64,000 nucleotides of DNA, from NCBI GenBank assembly GCA_012295275.1, contig CM022670.1, positions 31,868,001-31,932,000 of the forward strand, read 5' to 3'. The position numbers and the translations under genes were made by a program. A model generated the notes under the pieces. It did no database searches, was not told where the DNA came from, and saw nothing but the letters and a program-made list of their open reading frames with translations. Each line of letters starts with the position of its first letter. Position 1 is the stretch's first letter. This document shows positions 42,401 through 56,362 of the stretch, one piece after another. The DNA comes from Chrysomallon squamiferum (taxonomy: Eukaryota; Animalia; Mollusca).

Positions 42401-45099
42401 ATATTATTGTAAAAAATGTTAAAATTAAATAAGTAAATAAAAAATATATCAGCTTTAAATTAAATGTGTGAATGATGAGACTGAAAATGAGCTAAATTTA
42501 AGGTGTGGCTGGTTATTGTGGAAAGAAATGTAATCAGATATTGATATATGCATGCATACCATCAACCAAACAGATGTGCTGCCATCAAATTTGATCTGGA
42601 TAGTACAATGTTTATTATTGAAAATGCAATGATAAACACATTTCCTTGTCTGGTGTGCTGTTTTCCATTGTTGTTAAACAATTCTTCTCAATCAAAATTT
42701 ACTTCTGCATTTAATCTGGTCAGTTCTAGACTTACATATATTGCAGGTCAATATGACCTCCTTTAAACATGGTACTGCAGTACTTGGCAACGTAGCATTG
42801 CTTCATTTTGGTATCAGAGGATTTTGAAGTTTAATCAGATTCTGCTTTTTGATTATCTCTTATCTAGACTTTCCGATTTTCAGTTTGAAAGACAACATTT
42901 GTATTTGATTATAAAATAAAAGATCTTGAAGAATTTAATATTATGAAAAATCTATAATTTTGTTGCATTTATTTATTTACATGTGTCAGTTGTAAACATC
43001 CATGTATTAGAACTAAATTATATATAAAAAATAGTTGTATGTAATGACTTAACTAGAATATATTGATTAATTTTGTTCTATTAAATGTCATATGATATTT
43101 CTGGATATAATCTTTAGAGAAAAGATCAGATTTGTTTGTTTTGGGGGTGATGGCAGAAAGATATTGTTTATACATACATTCCTATAAACACTGAAGCTTT
43201 GATAATAAGGTAAGTACCAAGTGGCAAAATACACTATAGTACAGTAAATGACAAATATCCAACAATTCCCATCACTTTGATTAAATGCATTGTGGAGATT
43301 TGTTTGTGTGATTAGCCCTTTAACTGCATACAGCCTATTCCCTCAAACTAAAATAAAGACAAATGACTTTACTGCAAAATATAAAAATTATCGTATGAGA
43401 CAATATTTTTAAAATGTATTTATTTATATAGAGAAAAAAATTAAAATAAATTAAATAAAATTAAATAAATAAGTATTAATTTGGATTTTAAAAAACAAAT
43501 TTGTGGTTTTAACTTTTTCCTGTATATCTGTTAGCAGTTTTAACACTAAGGCAAGGAGGTGTCACTTAATGAACATTCCTTTCCATTACATGTATGAGTA
43601 GCTCTGGCAGATTATGTTACCTGGATCCCTATCTCAGCAGCAGAAGGGCAATGGAAGTAAGTTTTTCATACATAGGGTCTCTATTCTACACCTCCAATCT
43701 ACACAAGATCACATTATCTTGTAATGCAATTCTATCCAGCCACAAGCAACCATGTATGCAAGGCAATACCTACTGGGTTCATGAAGAACATGTAGATAAC
43801 AGTTTTATCTTGTAAGGCTATTTGATCAACTTAATCTGTAAACAGCATTTGGCCCATCAGGGGTAGAGAAAGAAACAACATATACTAATACAAAATGCAC
43901 CTGGAGCCAGGTCATAGGTAAATCAGATCAGGTCACAAATCACCTGTTAATTCCAAAGCCAGACATTTGTAGATATATGCCAGCTATAATCCTGGCTCTG
44001 TATTCCACAACAGTATGGTATTTTCATTATTATTTCATGTTTTATTGCCTGCACTCATAGTTTTATTGTGAAAACAGAGCTCAGCCAAAGAAATGTAATT
44101 TTCAATTTGTTGTCAAAATATATCTCTGTTATGAAAAGGGTCCAATTTGGCTTGTTGCCATTTAGCTCAGCTTTTTTGCATGCAGGTTAAACTTTTTTTT
44201 TTTAACAAGGATGAATACCACTTGGATCAAAAACATCCCAGGATCCTCATCTCTAACATTATTATTAAGTAAATATTAAAAGAAACTGTTCATTTTTGTT
44301 ATCAGATTGGTTTTGTACTCCATTTTTGTGGGGGAGGCACGGGAAATGCATTGTTTTTTAAATTCACAGAAATTATGACTGAAAGGTAAGACAATTTCAC
44401 CCAAAACTAAATTTCAGTTTGAAATTGAAACCTTTACCATTTAAAATAAGATAAAAACAGAATTGTCTTATGAAAATCAATCAAACTCTTTTTTTTTCTT
44501 CCCTTTAATGAAAAATAATCTTTCAACTAGTCTATAAATTTGAGGAATTCATAAAATGCAGATAACCCTTTAACAACCACTTGTTATTTCCGTCAGACAT
44601 TAATCAACATTTCTAGAAAGAAAATAATTACAAACTGACTTTGGCCAAACAACAAGAGTTCAATGTTTATGCCATGTTTGAACTATTCAGTTCAACAATA
44701 CCAACTGGGATAGTTGTGTTCTGTTGCCACCTACACACAATTGCAAACATATGCTACTATACAAATTCTTATAGCAAGTGTCTTTGCCACCGCACAGTGA
44801 GTTTTGTGGATTAGGCTTCTAAGTGGAAACAAATTAAAACTTTCTGTATCTGGGGGTTCCAAGTACCAGTATCAGTTCTTTTATTATTTTATGGTAACAG
44901 AAGTGTTCATGGACCATGATCAGAGATCTAGCTTTCTGCCAAATCAGTTCTGAAGAAAAGATAAAGTAAATTTTAAAACAGCCTTTATATAACATAAGGA
45001 AAATTAATAAACATCAAAGGAATATCCTAAAAGACAGAGCAGACAATTATATTAACTCATTTTATTTGCTTAGATTTTCTATTATTATCATTTTAACAG

Positions 45100-45290
45100 C
45101 ACCATCACAGCAATTACTACTTCTACCATCATTACCAACACCACCACTACTACCAATACAACTACCACTACTTCATCTACTACTGTTATTGTTATTGTTA
45201 CCATTATAGTAGCTACTGTTAATTCTATTGCTATTATAGCTGCCCAGACATTATTATGATACATTGCTATTACCATTATCATTATTAAAA
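45100..45290. repeat. Degenerate trinucleotide (ACT/ACC/ATT) low-complexity tract
   Basis: Triplet periodicity is visible. It produces the V/I/M-rich ORF at 45088-45297. Confidence 0.8.
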
Positions 45291-46075
45291 TGATCACCGC
45301 TCATTCCCAATACATTTCTACCATTAATACTATTTAGTAAATCACTATTATTATTTTTAACATTTTACTCAGATTGTCACAGATGGAGTTTTTATTTATT
45401 TATTTATTTATTTGGTATCTAGACATCAAGAAAGCTTTTACAACTATTTAAACTGCTGCACTTATATGCTTAACTTATATAACTGTATATAATTTATTTT
45501 TATAACATTCTTTTGTGGGTGATATGTTATTTATAATGTGTTCATTTTTAAAATATATTATTAATAGTCTATTTCCTGTAAGGAAGGGCTGAGACAATTT
45601 TATTTTATGTTTCAAAATTGAAATTTTATTACTATATGTATTAAGGTGAGATGTTGATAAAATATCTATCTATCTGTTTTTCTCTCTATTATGCATAATG
45701 GAAAATCTTGATGTTGTTATTATCATGATCAGTGTACTTATTACCAAGCAATTGAGACTAACTATTTTAAGAAATTTATTTGTGTTAAGCCGACACATTT
45801 GCTTCCACACAGTATTATGCAGTTCGATAATCCATTGGCCTGAGGCATAGATATAACTATTTCAAATATTCTTTGTTGATAACAAAATATAGTTATTAAA
45901 GAGACTGCTTAAAGACTATGTAGATGTGCAATCTGTGTATATGTTATAGAATGTATAGATATGTAATATATTACGTGTATGCACATGTATGCATATTCAG
46001 AATATGTGTGTATTATATTAGAGTATATACATATGTGGATATGCTTTTAGAATGTGAATAATTTATTATATGGTG

Positions 46076-46077
<2 letters not shown>

Positions 46078-46125
<48 letters not shown>

Positions 46126-46132
46126 TGTCTGT
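46078..46132. repeat. (TG)n microsatellite
   Basis: Read directly. Confidence 0.95.
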
Positions 46133-48312
46133 TTCTAGAGTATGTGTTACAGATTGTTTTATTTAATTTAGATATAAAGTGAATAGATCAAAAACAATTA
46201 ATGGTGCAGTTTGTGTAGTTATTTAGTGACTTCCAAAGTTAATTATCAAACAGGTAAGAAAAAATAATCTAAATTAATATTTTCAGAAATATTAATTTTA
46301 CAACTCTATTTACTACTGATTTAAAAAATGTTATATTTATCTTTAAAAAACAAATTTTGTTATTTTCATTATCCAAGAAATTTTCTTTTCCTGTCCTAAA
46401 ATCAAATACTTGCATGTTATATAAAGTTATCTTCTGGTAACGTGCCAAAAACAAAAACAAAAAAAGTGAGAGAGTTTGTAAATAAATAAAAATATAAACC
46501 ACAAAAAAATAGATTTCAAATTTTTAAAAAAAGAAGAAAAAAAGGATGAATAAATAGAGCAGGAGATTATGAAGTATTTAGAAGTAGGGCAGATGAGAAA
46601 GGTTGCTGAATCAGCAGTGAGTTTAAAACAAGCAGTTAATATGTGTAAACAAACTGCTGGTGAGGTGCCAGGAAAATACAGTGTCACTCAGACAGATGAC
46701 TCAATTATCTTTATACTGTGATTTTCTCTCTTATTTGGTGACAAATTACACATTCTCAAACATTCTGCTATGTGAAGAAACAGAACTATACATTTTTCTT
46801 CTTCTTCTTTTTTTCAGATAATTTGTATTTAATACAGCTTGGGTCAATAGCATAGCCAGACAAAATTATCTTTATTCCATGATCATATTTCTTAATAAAG
46901 TGACAAATTAGGTGTATTTATCTCAAATGTTTTTCTATTATTAGAAATAGCAATATATATATATATATATATAAAATTTCATTTAATTCATTTACTTTAA
47001 TTTTTATTTGATTTTATTGTATATCAGAACATTATAGTGTTCATTATGGATTTTCTTTAAATTTTCTTTGATTTTTTTTTAATTGGGGTTAGTTTATCGT
47101 TGTAAATTTTAAAATTTCAATGTTTCAGTTACAAGGGAATAAAAAACAAAAACTAGTGGTAATCCATGTTTAAGAGAAGTACTAACTGAAGGAAATTGTA
47201 TTGGCTGTAACTAAGCATGCCTTTATTTGTTTTAATACTATTTTGTTGTTGTATTTTCAAAATCTTTTTATATTCATCTGCTGTTTGTAAAACTGATAAT
47301 GAAAAATGTGCAATACACCACAGTTTATTTATGTGTTCTCTGTGCTTGAAGAAATGTTGCAACTGTATTTTTGTCAAGCATACCAAAAAAGTTGTTTGTT
47401 TATGTGTTATTTTCTAAAATGTAATTGGTTCAGTTTAGGATTTCTTATTTTTATACTAACAACCATGATTCATGTAATAAAAATATGATCTTCTTATTTA
47501 CTCAAATGCAGTTAGCATATTTTATTATAAACAAAGAGAAGAAAAACAATGACAGAATAGAAGGAAAAATAAACCACATATCTTTTTTTTTTTTTTTTTA
47601 ATCAATGTAAAAATATCTGAAATAACTCCAAAATAAATATTTAGGTAGAAATCCAGTACAGTTTTGCTTTTCATTCATGAGTGATGCATGCTGCTTCACA
47701 CAGCCAGTTTAATTCAGCATGAGATGCTGTTTTCTACAACACCAACCTTCAGTTATCAAGGCTATGTATGTTCTGGTAGAGCCAATGTTTGAACAGCTCC
47801 CTGGATTTCAAGCAACAAAACAACACAAACACAAACATTCCCTTAAAGGTGACATTTGTGATCAATTAGACAAATCAGAGGCTGAAGGAAAAAGTGAAAC
47901 ATTTGCTATGAGGCAGACTAAGAAAAAAAAGAAAAAAAAAAGAAACAATAAAATTTAAAAAAAAGAAGAAAAAGAAACTGATGCTATCAGCCAGTTTCAG
48001 TGTGTAGCTAAGTGGTCTGTGTTAACAAACTGGATGACACCTCAGTCAGGTTATGCAATTGCTTGTAAATGATTAGATTACACTTGATTGGGTTAACAGG
48101 ACCAATGCAGTCTTATCTACTTTGTTATGAATTACATTAGGTTAGAAAAGGAAAAAATAAAAGATACACCTAAAAAAACTGGAATAAATGAACTATGGAA
48201 ATAAATATATACAGTTTTGTCTTTTTGGTAACATAATCTAAAGATATTTTGTAAATCATTTGTTAATTTATTATTTTTAATTATTGACGATCTGTTAATA
48301 ACACATGTCAAC

Positions 48313-48595
48313 ACATGTCAGCACATACCATTAACTTACACATACTAACAAAGAGCTGAGATAAATACAGGTGAAAGACGAATGGTACAAATTGGTGATA
48401 TGACTAATCATATCTCATTAAAATGTTATATCACCTGAGTGTATTACAATTACTGTAAACATTTAACATGTCAGCATATACCAATAACTTTTAAACAACT
48501 AACACAGAGATAAAGTAAATGATAAATCAAGTGATGACTAATCAAATCTCATTAAAAATGTTGTATCAGTGAGGTGCATCGTTACTATTGTATAA
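48313..48595. repeat. Diverged tandem duplication, unit ~153 bp (copies start at 48313 and 48466)
   Basis: Shared blocks in the same order: ACATGTCAGCAYATACCAWTAACTT, ACTAACA, GAGATAAA and ATGACTAATCAWATCTCATTAAAA(A)TGTTRTATCA. Confidence 0.85.
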
Positions 48596-49692
48596 AAAAT
48601 AAACTGAGCAAGTGTAATATTACGTTTACAGACCACACACATAAACACTGTGTCTCTTCAGTCCTAGAAAATATGCTGTCAATTAATTTTTTTTTCTTTT
48701 CTTTTCATATACATTTTTTTAAAACTATAATTGCTTCAGTCTTGTCTCTGATTTCAATCCTTTGTGAACACTAAAGTTATTCTTGACTTCTTGTTATTGT
48801 AAGTAAATACTGTCTTGTCAGACAAACTTTGCAACTTGTGACACCATTCCACTAATCAATAGTTTAATTCTAACCAAGGTCTAGCTTTTTTTTATTTGTA
48901 TTTTGTTAGTTAATTCTGAATGTCAGTTTTTCCATACCTACTGACATTTCAATACATTCAATAGCAAAACAACCACTGTCATATTTTATATACACTGGTT
49001 TATTTTTATGTTTACTAACTGCATACATAAATATTAATTACCGTTATCAAATATTAATGGGAAAAAATATAAGTGTTTTTTTTTGTTGTTTTTCATTTGG
49101 GTTTTTTTTGTTGTTCTCTTTATTTTTGGGTTTTTAAATATTTCTGATAGTATTTTGAAATGTTTTAAATCATCAACATGGTTTCTTATCAAAAAATTAT
49201 TTTTAATTTGCTATAAATAATAATTGATAATTATTGATATATCTTATTATAATACTCCTCAGATTTTTTTTAAAATTTTATATTTATCAGAATGCTGACA
49301 CTACAACAGTTTTTTTTTTTTTTTTTCTAAAGCAACATTGGATCACTACTGTTTTGTAGACTCTATTGAATATTACTATAACTTCATTTTCACTAGATAT
49401 ATGTTTCTGCTAAGAGATATCTTAAATATATGACACCTATGTAAGTATATCACAAGCTCTCCTCTTCAGAATTATCCTATTACTTATTTATGGTACTTTG
49501 CCATCTTTTTTATTACTTTATCACGTAACCATAATTATTTTATCTAGCAATTTCAGTTAACTTTGTTACAGTGTTATTAATCTTATGTGGTATATTAAGA
49601 TTTAACATGTATTACTATTTTATTATAAACCAGTATTCTCATAATTATCACTGCTTAACACAGTACTTAAATATTAGTATAATACTGTAATA

Positions 49693-49783
<91 letters not shown>

Positions 49784-49800
49784 CTATCTATCTATATATC
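49693..49800. repeat. (TCTG)n(TCTA)n compound tetranucleotide microsatellite
   Basis: Read directly. Confidence 0.97.
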
Positions 49801-52800
49801 TATTCTCGATAATACTTTAACATTATCATAATTGTATTAATAACACTACTTCACATTTTATTTTTATTTTATTTATTTTTTTGCAAAGCTAGCACATTTT
49901 ATAGGATACACTTTAATTACCTTTGATGCACTGAATTAAAGCAGACACATAAAAAAACACCCTTGTTATACAGCCCACCATTATGTATGTAATTTGTAAC
50001 AGTTTCTCTGCCAGTGTTTAACAGTTTGTTTGGCACACTGAATGAAAAGTAATGCTTCATGTGTGCCTCTGATGTGAGCCACTGATTACCCAAACACCAT
50101 TATAAGTTAGAGATAAGTAATGGTGGTGCATCATTGTCAGTGTATTTGTTATAAAGAAGAAGTCTTGCCTTGCCCCCCAAGAGCTTGATGTATGCTGAGT
50201 TTGTCTCTTAAAAGACTATTATCTTACAGAATGCTTTTGATGGGGTGTATTTCATATCCTACATCATCATGTGCCTCACTTGGTCCAATATGTTTGTCTG
50301 CTAAAGGTGGAAAAAAATTTTAGTTGTCTCGGTCAACAGGGAGTCACAATTTCGTTTTTTATTTTATGACAAGCTGCATGGCTCTCTTACTGTGCATTAG
50401 CATTCCAAACGTTTTTCATTCAGTCATCATTTTTCTTCTTACTAAAGTAGATAAATAAAGTTAGTCATGTTGAAACTCATCACAGTTTTGAAGTCACTTT
50501 GAAAGATGCTTTGCATGGCTGGTTATAGTGGTGGTACTAAAATAAAGATAGCAGTGACATGATCATGATTTCTCCCAGCATGTTTATTTTGTTTCATTTA
50601 TTATGCCTGCACACACCAAGGTGTTTGTGAAAACTTACAATTCAGGCCATAACAGTTAATCTCTCGGCTTTGATGTAGGTATGAGATACCAACTGAACTG
50701 ACCCCCCTCTCTGTCGTAAGATATGTTTAGCAGCATTTTGTTCCATGCTGACAATAGGGCTCAAGGTTCAAAATTTCCTATCAAATACTTGCGATGTCTG
50801 TCTAATCTGAGAGTTTACTGTGAGTGTGAGACGATTCTGTGAGGCTTGCTGAGAAGATTACAGAAGACTAATAGAGGTCCTTGGAAAGATTATCATGTAC
50901 TAAGTTTGGTACGTTTTTATGTCTGTACTTGTCTGTCCTCTGACCAAAGAGTTCAGGGTGTCTGTGTAACAGTGAGCCATAAACACTTTTCTTTTCCACC
51001 AAAAAAAAAAATGCAAAAGAAAGGGAGAGAGATTGAATTTAAGTGAATTAACTTTAAATGAAAACAAGTATTCTCTTGAAACAGATATAAATTATCAGTT
51101 TAAAAAGTTGGTCTTTCAGTGAAAAGTGTGAACCTTCTGCGATACTGCTGTAAATATTGGTGTTTTGTTCTCAGTGTCAACACTGTTATTTGTTACCAAA
51201 CCATTTGTCTGCCTGTCCCAACACACACACCCACAATAAAATCCACTACTGTGATTGATATAGAGACACTCAACTTATAAAAATGAACCCCCCTAAAACC
51301 TGTCATGAACTTTACTATACAGTTGTACATAAACATACCAAATATTACTTGAAATAAAAAATAAAATAAAATATAAAAAATAAAATTCTTGTAAAATACT
51401 TTTCTTTTTGAAAGCAGTCTCATCAAATCACTGAAAGAAACCAACAAAATGCACTCTCAGACACACATTAAAAAAGTATGTATCTATATCTGTATGTACA
51501 TATATATATATATCTTTGTTAATTGATTGTTTTCATCTTCTTTCTCTCCTTTTTTTAATATAAATGGGTTTTTTCATCTTCAGAAGAGTGAGAGAGAAAA
51601 ACAAATAAGATAGAATGACAGAGACCTAATTATAATTTGAAATGTATTAAACAGAAGGTTTGTGTCCACAGGTTTATTTTTTAATCATTATTGTTTGCAT
51701 TTCAGACTAAACATATATATTAAGTTTATGATCTGGTTTTCTGTTTTACTGTGGAGTGGAAAACATAAGATTAGACTTGTACTCAATTTGTTTTCAAGTT
51801 CTCATATTATAGGCTTGACCAGAGCAATGTACAGAACTGTGATAAACAATGTAGTTGGACAGTCACAGACACTTGGCAACATTTCTTGACCCAAACTTGA
51901 ACCATATCTTTTATATGTATCAGCAGAGAACATTCAATACTTATCATAGCTCACTCTGTTTTAGTCCTGTGGTGTGACATTTCCCACAAACAGACAATAA
52001 TCAAAGCAAATAGTATCATATAAACAGGATCTAACTACAGTTTCAAACCTGAAGCAGGAGAAACAATTTCAAGCCTGACATGTCTGTCTGTTTGCAGGCT
52101 AAGATTTAAACTGAACAGCTTGTTCTAGTGTGATTTAAAGTGTATTTGATCTCCAGCCTGTGTTAGGTGTATAACTTCAGGTTCCAGCTTCACTAATTCA
52201 GACTGTATAACTCACCTGGGGCAGGTAGAAGACATTAACTTCACACAGAGGGGCGTGTCCTAGTCTTATCTGTCACACATCATCTTCTAACAATTAAGGC
52301 AGCAGACAGTGACCAATTAGATATAAAATGATTGCCCCCCTCTCCACATCCCGTCTCTTTTTCCTTCTACTTCTTCCCCCTTCAGGGCAATTCTAAATGT
52401 TATACTAGAGGATTAAAGGAAAATAATACTTTCTAAATTTGCCAATTTCTAAAGTAAATTGAATGAGATAAAAGAATCTTCTTTTTTAAATAATAACTGA
52501 ATAGAAACAGTTTCTTTTTATGATGGATTATAAAATACATGTTTTATTTGTTTGATGTTTTATTTAGCATTTCTTTGTTTTGTTATTTTAATGTTATTTT
52601 TTAAATGCTATTTTTGTTTGTTTGTTTTGCTATATTGTTTAAAGGGGTTATAATAAGTAATTTGATCAACCATTGTTATTTTAAACAAACATTATAAAGT
52701 TTCTGAAAAGTCATCAGACATTTTGCAATAGAATCAGAAAAATATAAAGATAGTAGTAAATAAAGCTGATGTTTACCTCAGACAGACACTTTAGTAAACT

Positions 52801-53944
52801 ATGTTGTATATTATTTAATAATTTAATATTAATTGTTTATAGTTTAAGACAAAAATCTATGAATTTATCTGTGGAAAATTATTATAATTTATTGTAATGC
52901 TGCTCTTGGCCCAGTGGTAGCAAATGTCTGTCAAACATGCCATCCCAGAAATCAGTGTTTAATAAATATTCATTTTTTTAATTTCTAAACACCCTCCTAT
53001 TTTTTTACACTGCCTACAAGCATAAAGGTTACATATACTTTTCTAACAAATGAACATGTACCCAGTGACAGCTCATATACCTGAAACTAAATAAAATCAG
53101 GAAAGTAATTCATAAAATAACCAGACTAGATAAAAGTACATTTACTTTATGTCATGGATATATATCATTTTTGAAGCATAACAATAATATCAATACACAC
53201 ATATCAAGTAGCAGTGTGGGAAAACAAATTTGCTAAGTAAGCAGTTTGAAAAACCTACCTAAATCAAGCCTATATACATATATTTTATAATTAATGTTTT
53301 TATCTCAGAATTGAATGGGTGTTTGCATGTTAATTGTATATTTAAAAACTTGCAACGTTTGACCCGTGTTACCCCTATCATATTTCAGGTATATGCAATT
53401 CAAATCTTTTGTCTGGATAAATACCTTTAGTATATAGTCTGAAACTGATAGCAGCATGCAATACCAGCTTTAACTTCATGACTAAAAATAAAAATACATT
53501 TCATGTTAAAACTGTATATGATCAGCTAATTGGTGAAAAAAAATAACACTCAAAAGTATTTAGCAAAACTCAAAGTGGAGTTCAACAATAAGTTAGAAAG
53601 TTAAAAGCCTTGTTCCCACCAGTGTCAGTGAAAGGTTGTCCTTCATGGTCAATCAAGCACAGATTCACAAAATCAGACGTCTGTATGGACTTGGTTTGCA
53701 AACTGCTCTTATGGTTCACACACACGACAATTTATCTTTTTGTAGTTCATCTGGTACAAGGCTAAGCCCACCAATATTCAAAATGAAAAATTCAGGTAAT
53801 GTTGTAATGAGTGTCAACAAGTTTACTGAACCTGGGCACCAGCTGATCTGTTTGAATGTTTTTGAACTACTTCACCCATGTAGTGAAAGTGGTTGATCTT
53901 GTTATAACTGAGCAGGAAGTGATATGTCATAAAAAAATAGAGAA

Positions 53945-54022
53945 ATAGACACACATACTAATGCAGACACAGACAGACATATAGATATCTACCTACAGAT
54001 ACAAACACACACTCACACATAT

Positions 54023-54064
<42 letters not shown>

Positions 54065-54113
54065 ATGTATAAACACACACACACACATTCCCACACATAT
54101 ATATATACACATG

Positions 54114-54165
<52 letters not shown>

Positions 54166-54190
54166 CACATGTATAAACACACACACACAA
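53945..54190. repeat. Compound (AC)n tract punctuated by repeated TACACATGTATA
   Basis: Read directly. The interrupting motif recurs three times (~54060, ~54106, ~54164). It explains the CV-rich ORFs. Confidence 0.92.
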
Positions 54191-54709
54191 ACAGAATCAA
54201 ATACACAGGGATGACACATACGCCCACTCATATGCAGAAAGTTACACGTTCACATATACCATTAAGCATTAGAACTATTGTTTCCTATCAAGTACTTTTC
54301 TTTTAAACCTACCATTATCATTAACATATGTTAAGAAAGGTTTGTATTAAATAATCTCAACCATTTTTGAAACATACAGTGCTAAGGTTAAATGATTAAT
54401 TCTGTCAGGAACTGACATTCCAAAATATTAAATGTATGTCCAGGTCATTATGCTTAACATTAAATCAGAGCAAAACAAAAGCTCAAAGGAAAAAAAGAAA
54501 GATTAATTACTGTCAGTTAGAAACACTGTCATAACACATGTATTTATTTAGTCATACAAAATAAAGAGGTTTTTAACTCACAGTCTGACAATCTGATCAT
54601 AACACCAAAACACTGAATGGTCTTGTCAAAACTGTCAACAGGCCAACTGATTAGAATCCAAGCTTTTACAGACCACTGGCAGGATTAACACTTGAAGAAG
54701 ACATGCTAA

Positions 54710-56362
54710 ATCACTGGTATGTTCATTACTGTAATGCAGTGATATGCTCAGTAATGTAAACCACTGGTATATACATTCCATACTGAATCAGTGGTATATT
54801 CAGTATTGTAAACCAGTGGTGTGTTTAGTATTGTAAATCTGTGGTACATTCAGTAAACCAGTGGTGTGTTTAGTATTGTAAATCTGTGGTACATTCAGTA
54901 AACTAGTGGTGTGTTTAGTATTGTAAACCTGTGGTACATTCAGTATTGTAAACTAGTGGTGTGTTTAGTATTGTAAACCTGTGGTATATTCAGTATTGTA
55001 AACTAGTGGTGTGTTTAGTATTGTAAACCTGTGGTACATTCAGTATTGTAAACCAGTGGTGTGTTTAGTATTGTAAACCTGTGGTACATTCATTTAAACC
55101 AGTGGTGTGTTTAGTATTGTAAACCTGTGGTACATTCATTGTAAACCAGTGGTGTGTTTAGTATTGTAAACCTGTGGTACATTCATTTAAACCAGTGGTG
55201 TGTTTAGTATTGTAAACCTGTGGTACATTCAGTATTGTAAACCAGTGGTGTGTTTAGTATTGTAAAACATTCAGTATTGTAAACCAGTGGTGTGTTTAGT
55301 ATTGTAAACCTGTGGTACATTCAGTATTGTAAACCAGTGGTGTGTTTAGTATTGTAAACCTGTGGTACATTCAGTATTGTAAACTAGTGGTGTGTTTAGT
55401 ATTGTAAACCTGTGGTACATTCAGTATTGTAAACCAGTGGTGTGTTTAGTATTGTAAATCTGTGGTACATTCAGTATTGTAAACCAGTGGTGTGTTTAGT
55501 ATTGTAAACCTGTGGTATATTCAGTATTGTAAACCAGTGGTGTGTTTAGTATTGTAAACCTGTGGTACATTCAGTATTGTAAACCAGTGGTGTGTTTAGT
55601 ATTGTAAATCTGTGGTACATTCAGTATTGTAAACCAGTGGTGTGTTTAGTATTGTAAACCTGTGGTATATTCAGTATTGTAAACCAGTGGTGTGTTTAGT
55701 ATTGTAAATCTGTGGTACATTCAGTATTGTAAACCAGTGGTGTGTTTAGTATTGTAAACCTGTGGTACATTCAGTATTGTAAACCAGTGGTGTGTTTAGT
55801 ATTGTAAATCTGTGGTACATTCAGTATTGTAAACCAGTGGTGTGTTTAGTATTGTAAACCTGTGGTACATTCAGTAAACTAGTGGTGTGTTTAGTATTGT
55901 AAATCTGTGGTACATTCAGTATTGTAAACCAGTGGTGTGTTTAGTATTGTAAATCTGTGGTACATTCAGTATTGTAAACTAGTGGTGTGTTTAGTATTGT
56001 AAATCTGTGGTACATTCAGTATTGTAAACCAGTGGTGTGTTTAGTATTGTAAACCTGTGGTACATTCAGTATTGTAAACTAGTGGTGTGTTTAGTATTGT
56101 AAATCTGTGGTACATTCAGTAAACTAGTGGTGTGTTTAGTATTGTAAATCTGTGGTACATTTAGTAAACTAGTGGTGTGTTTAGTATTGTAAATCTGTGG
56201 TACATTCAGTATTGTAAACTAGTGGTGTGTTTAGTATTGTAAACCAGTGGTGTGTTTAGTATTGTAAATCTGTGGTACATTCAGTATTGTAAACTAGTGG
56301 TGTGTTTAGTATTGTAAACCTGTGGTACATTTAGTAAACCAGTGGTGTGTTTAGTGTTGTAA
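54710..56362. repeat. Minisatellite of ~31-32 copies of a 50-bp dimer made of two 25-bp monomers
   Basis: Monomer A is C(C/T)AGTGGTGTGTTTAGTATTGTAAA and monomer B is (C/T)CTGTGGTA(C/T)ATTCAGTATTGTAAA. An exact 50-bp period is seen at 55271/55321/55371. The array is homogeneous from 54813 to 56360, with diverged monomers at 54710-54812. Confidence 0.97.

Noticed and set aside
53958-54231. Cys/Val-rich ORFs
   Set aside because: Translations of (TG)n repeats.
54710-56362. CRISPR-like or coding repeat array
   Set aside because: There are no unique spacers and no cas genes, and the context is eukaryotic. The 50-bp period shifts frame and contains stops.
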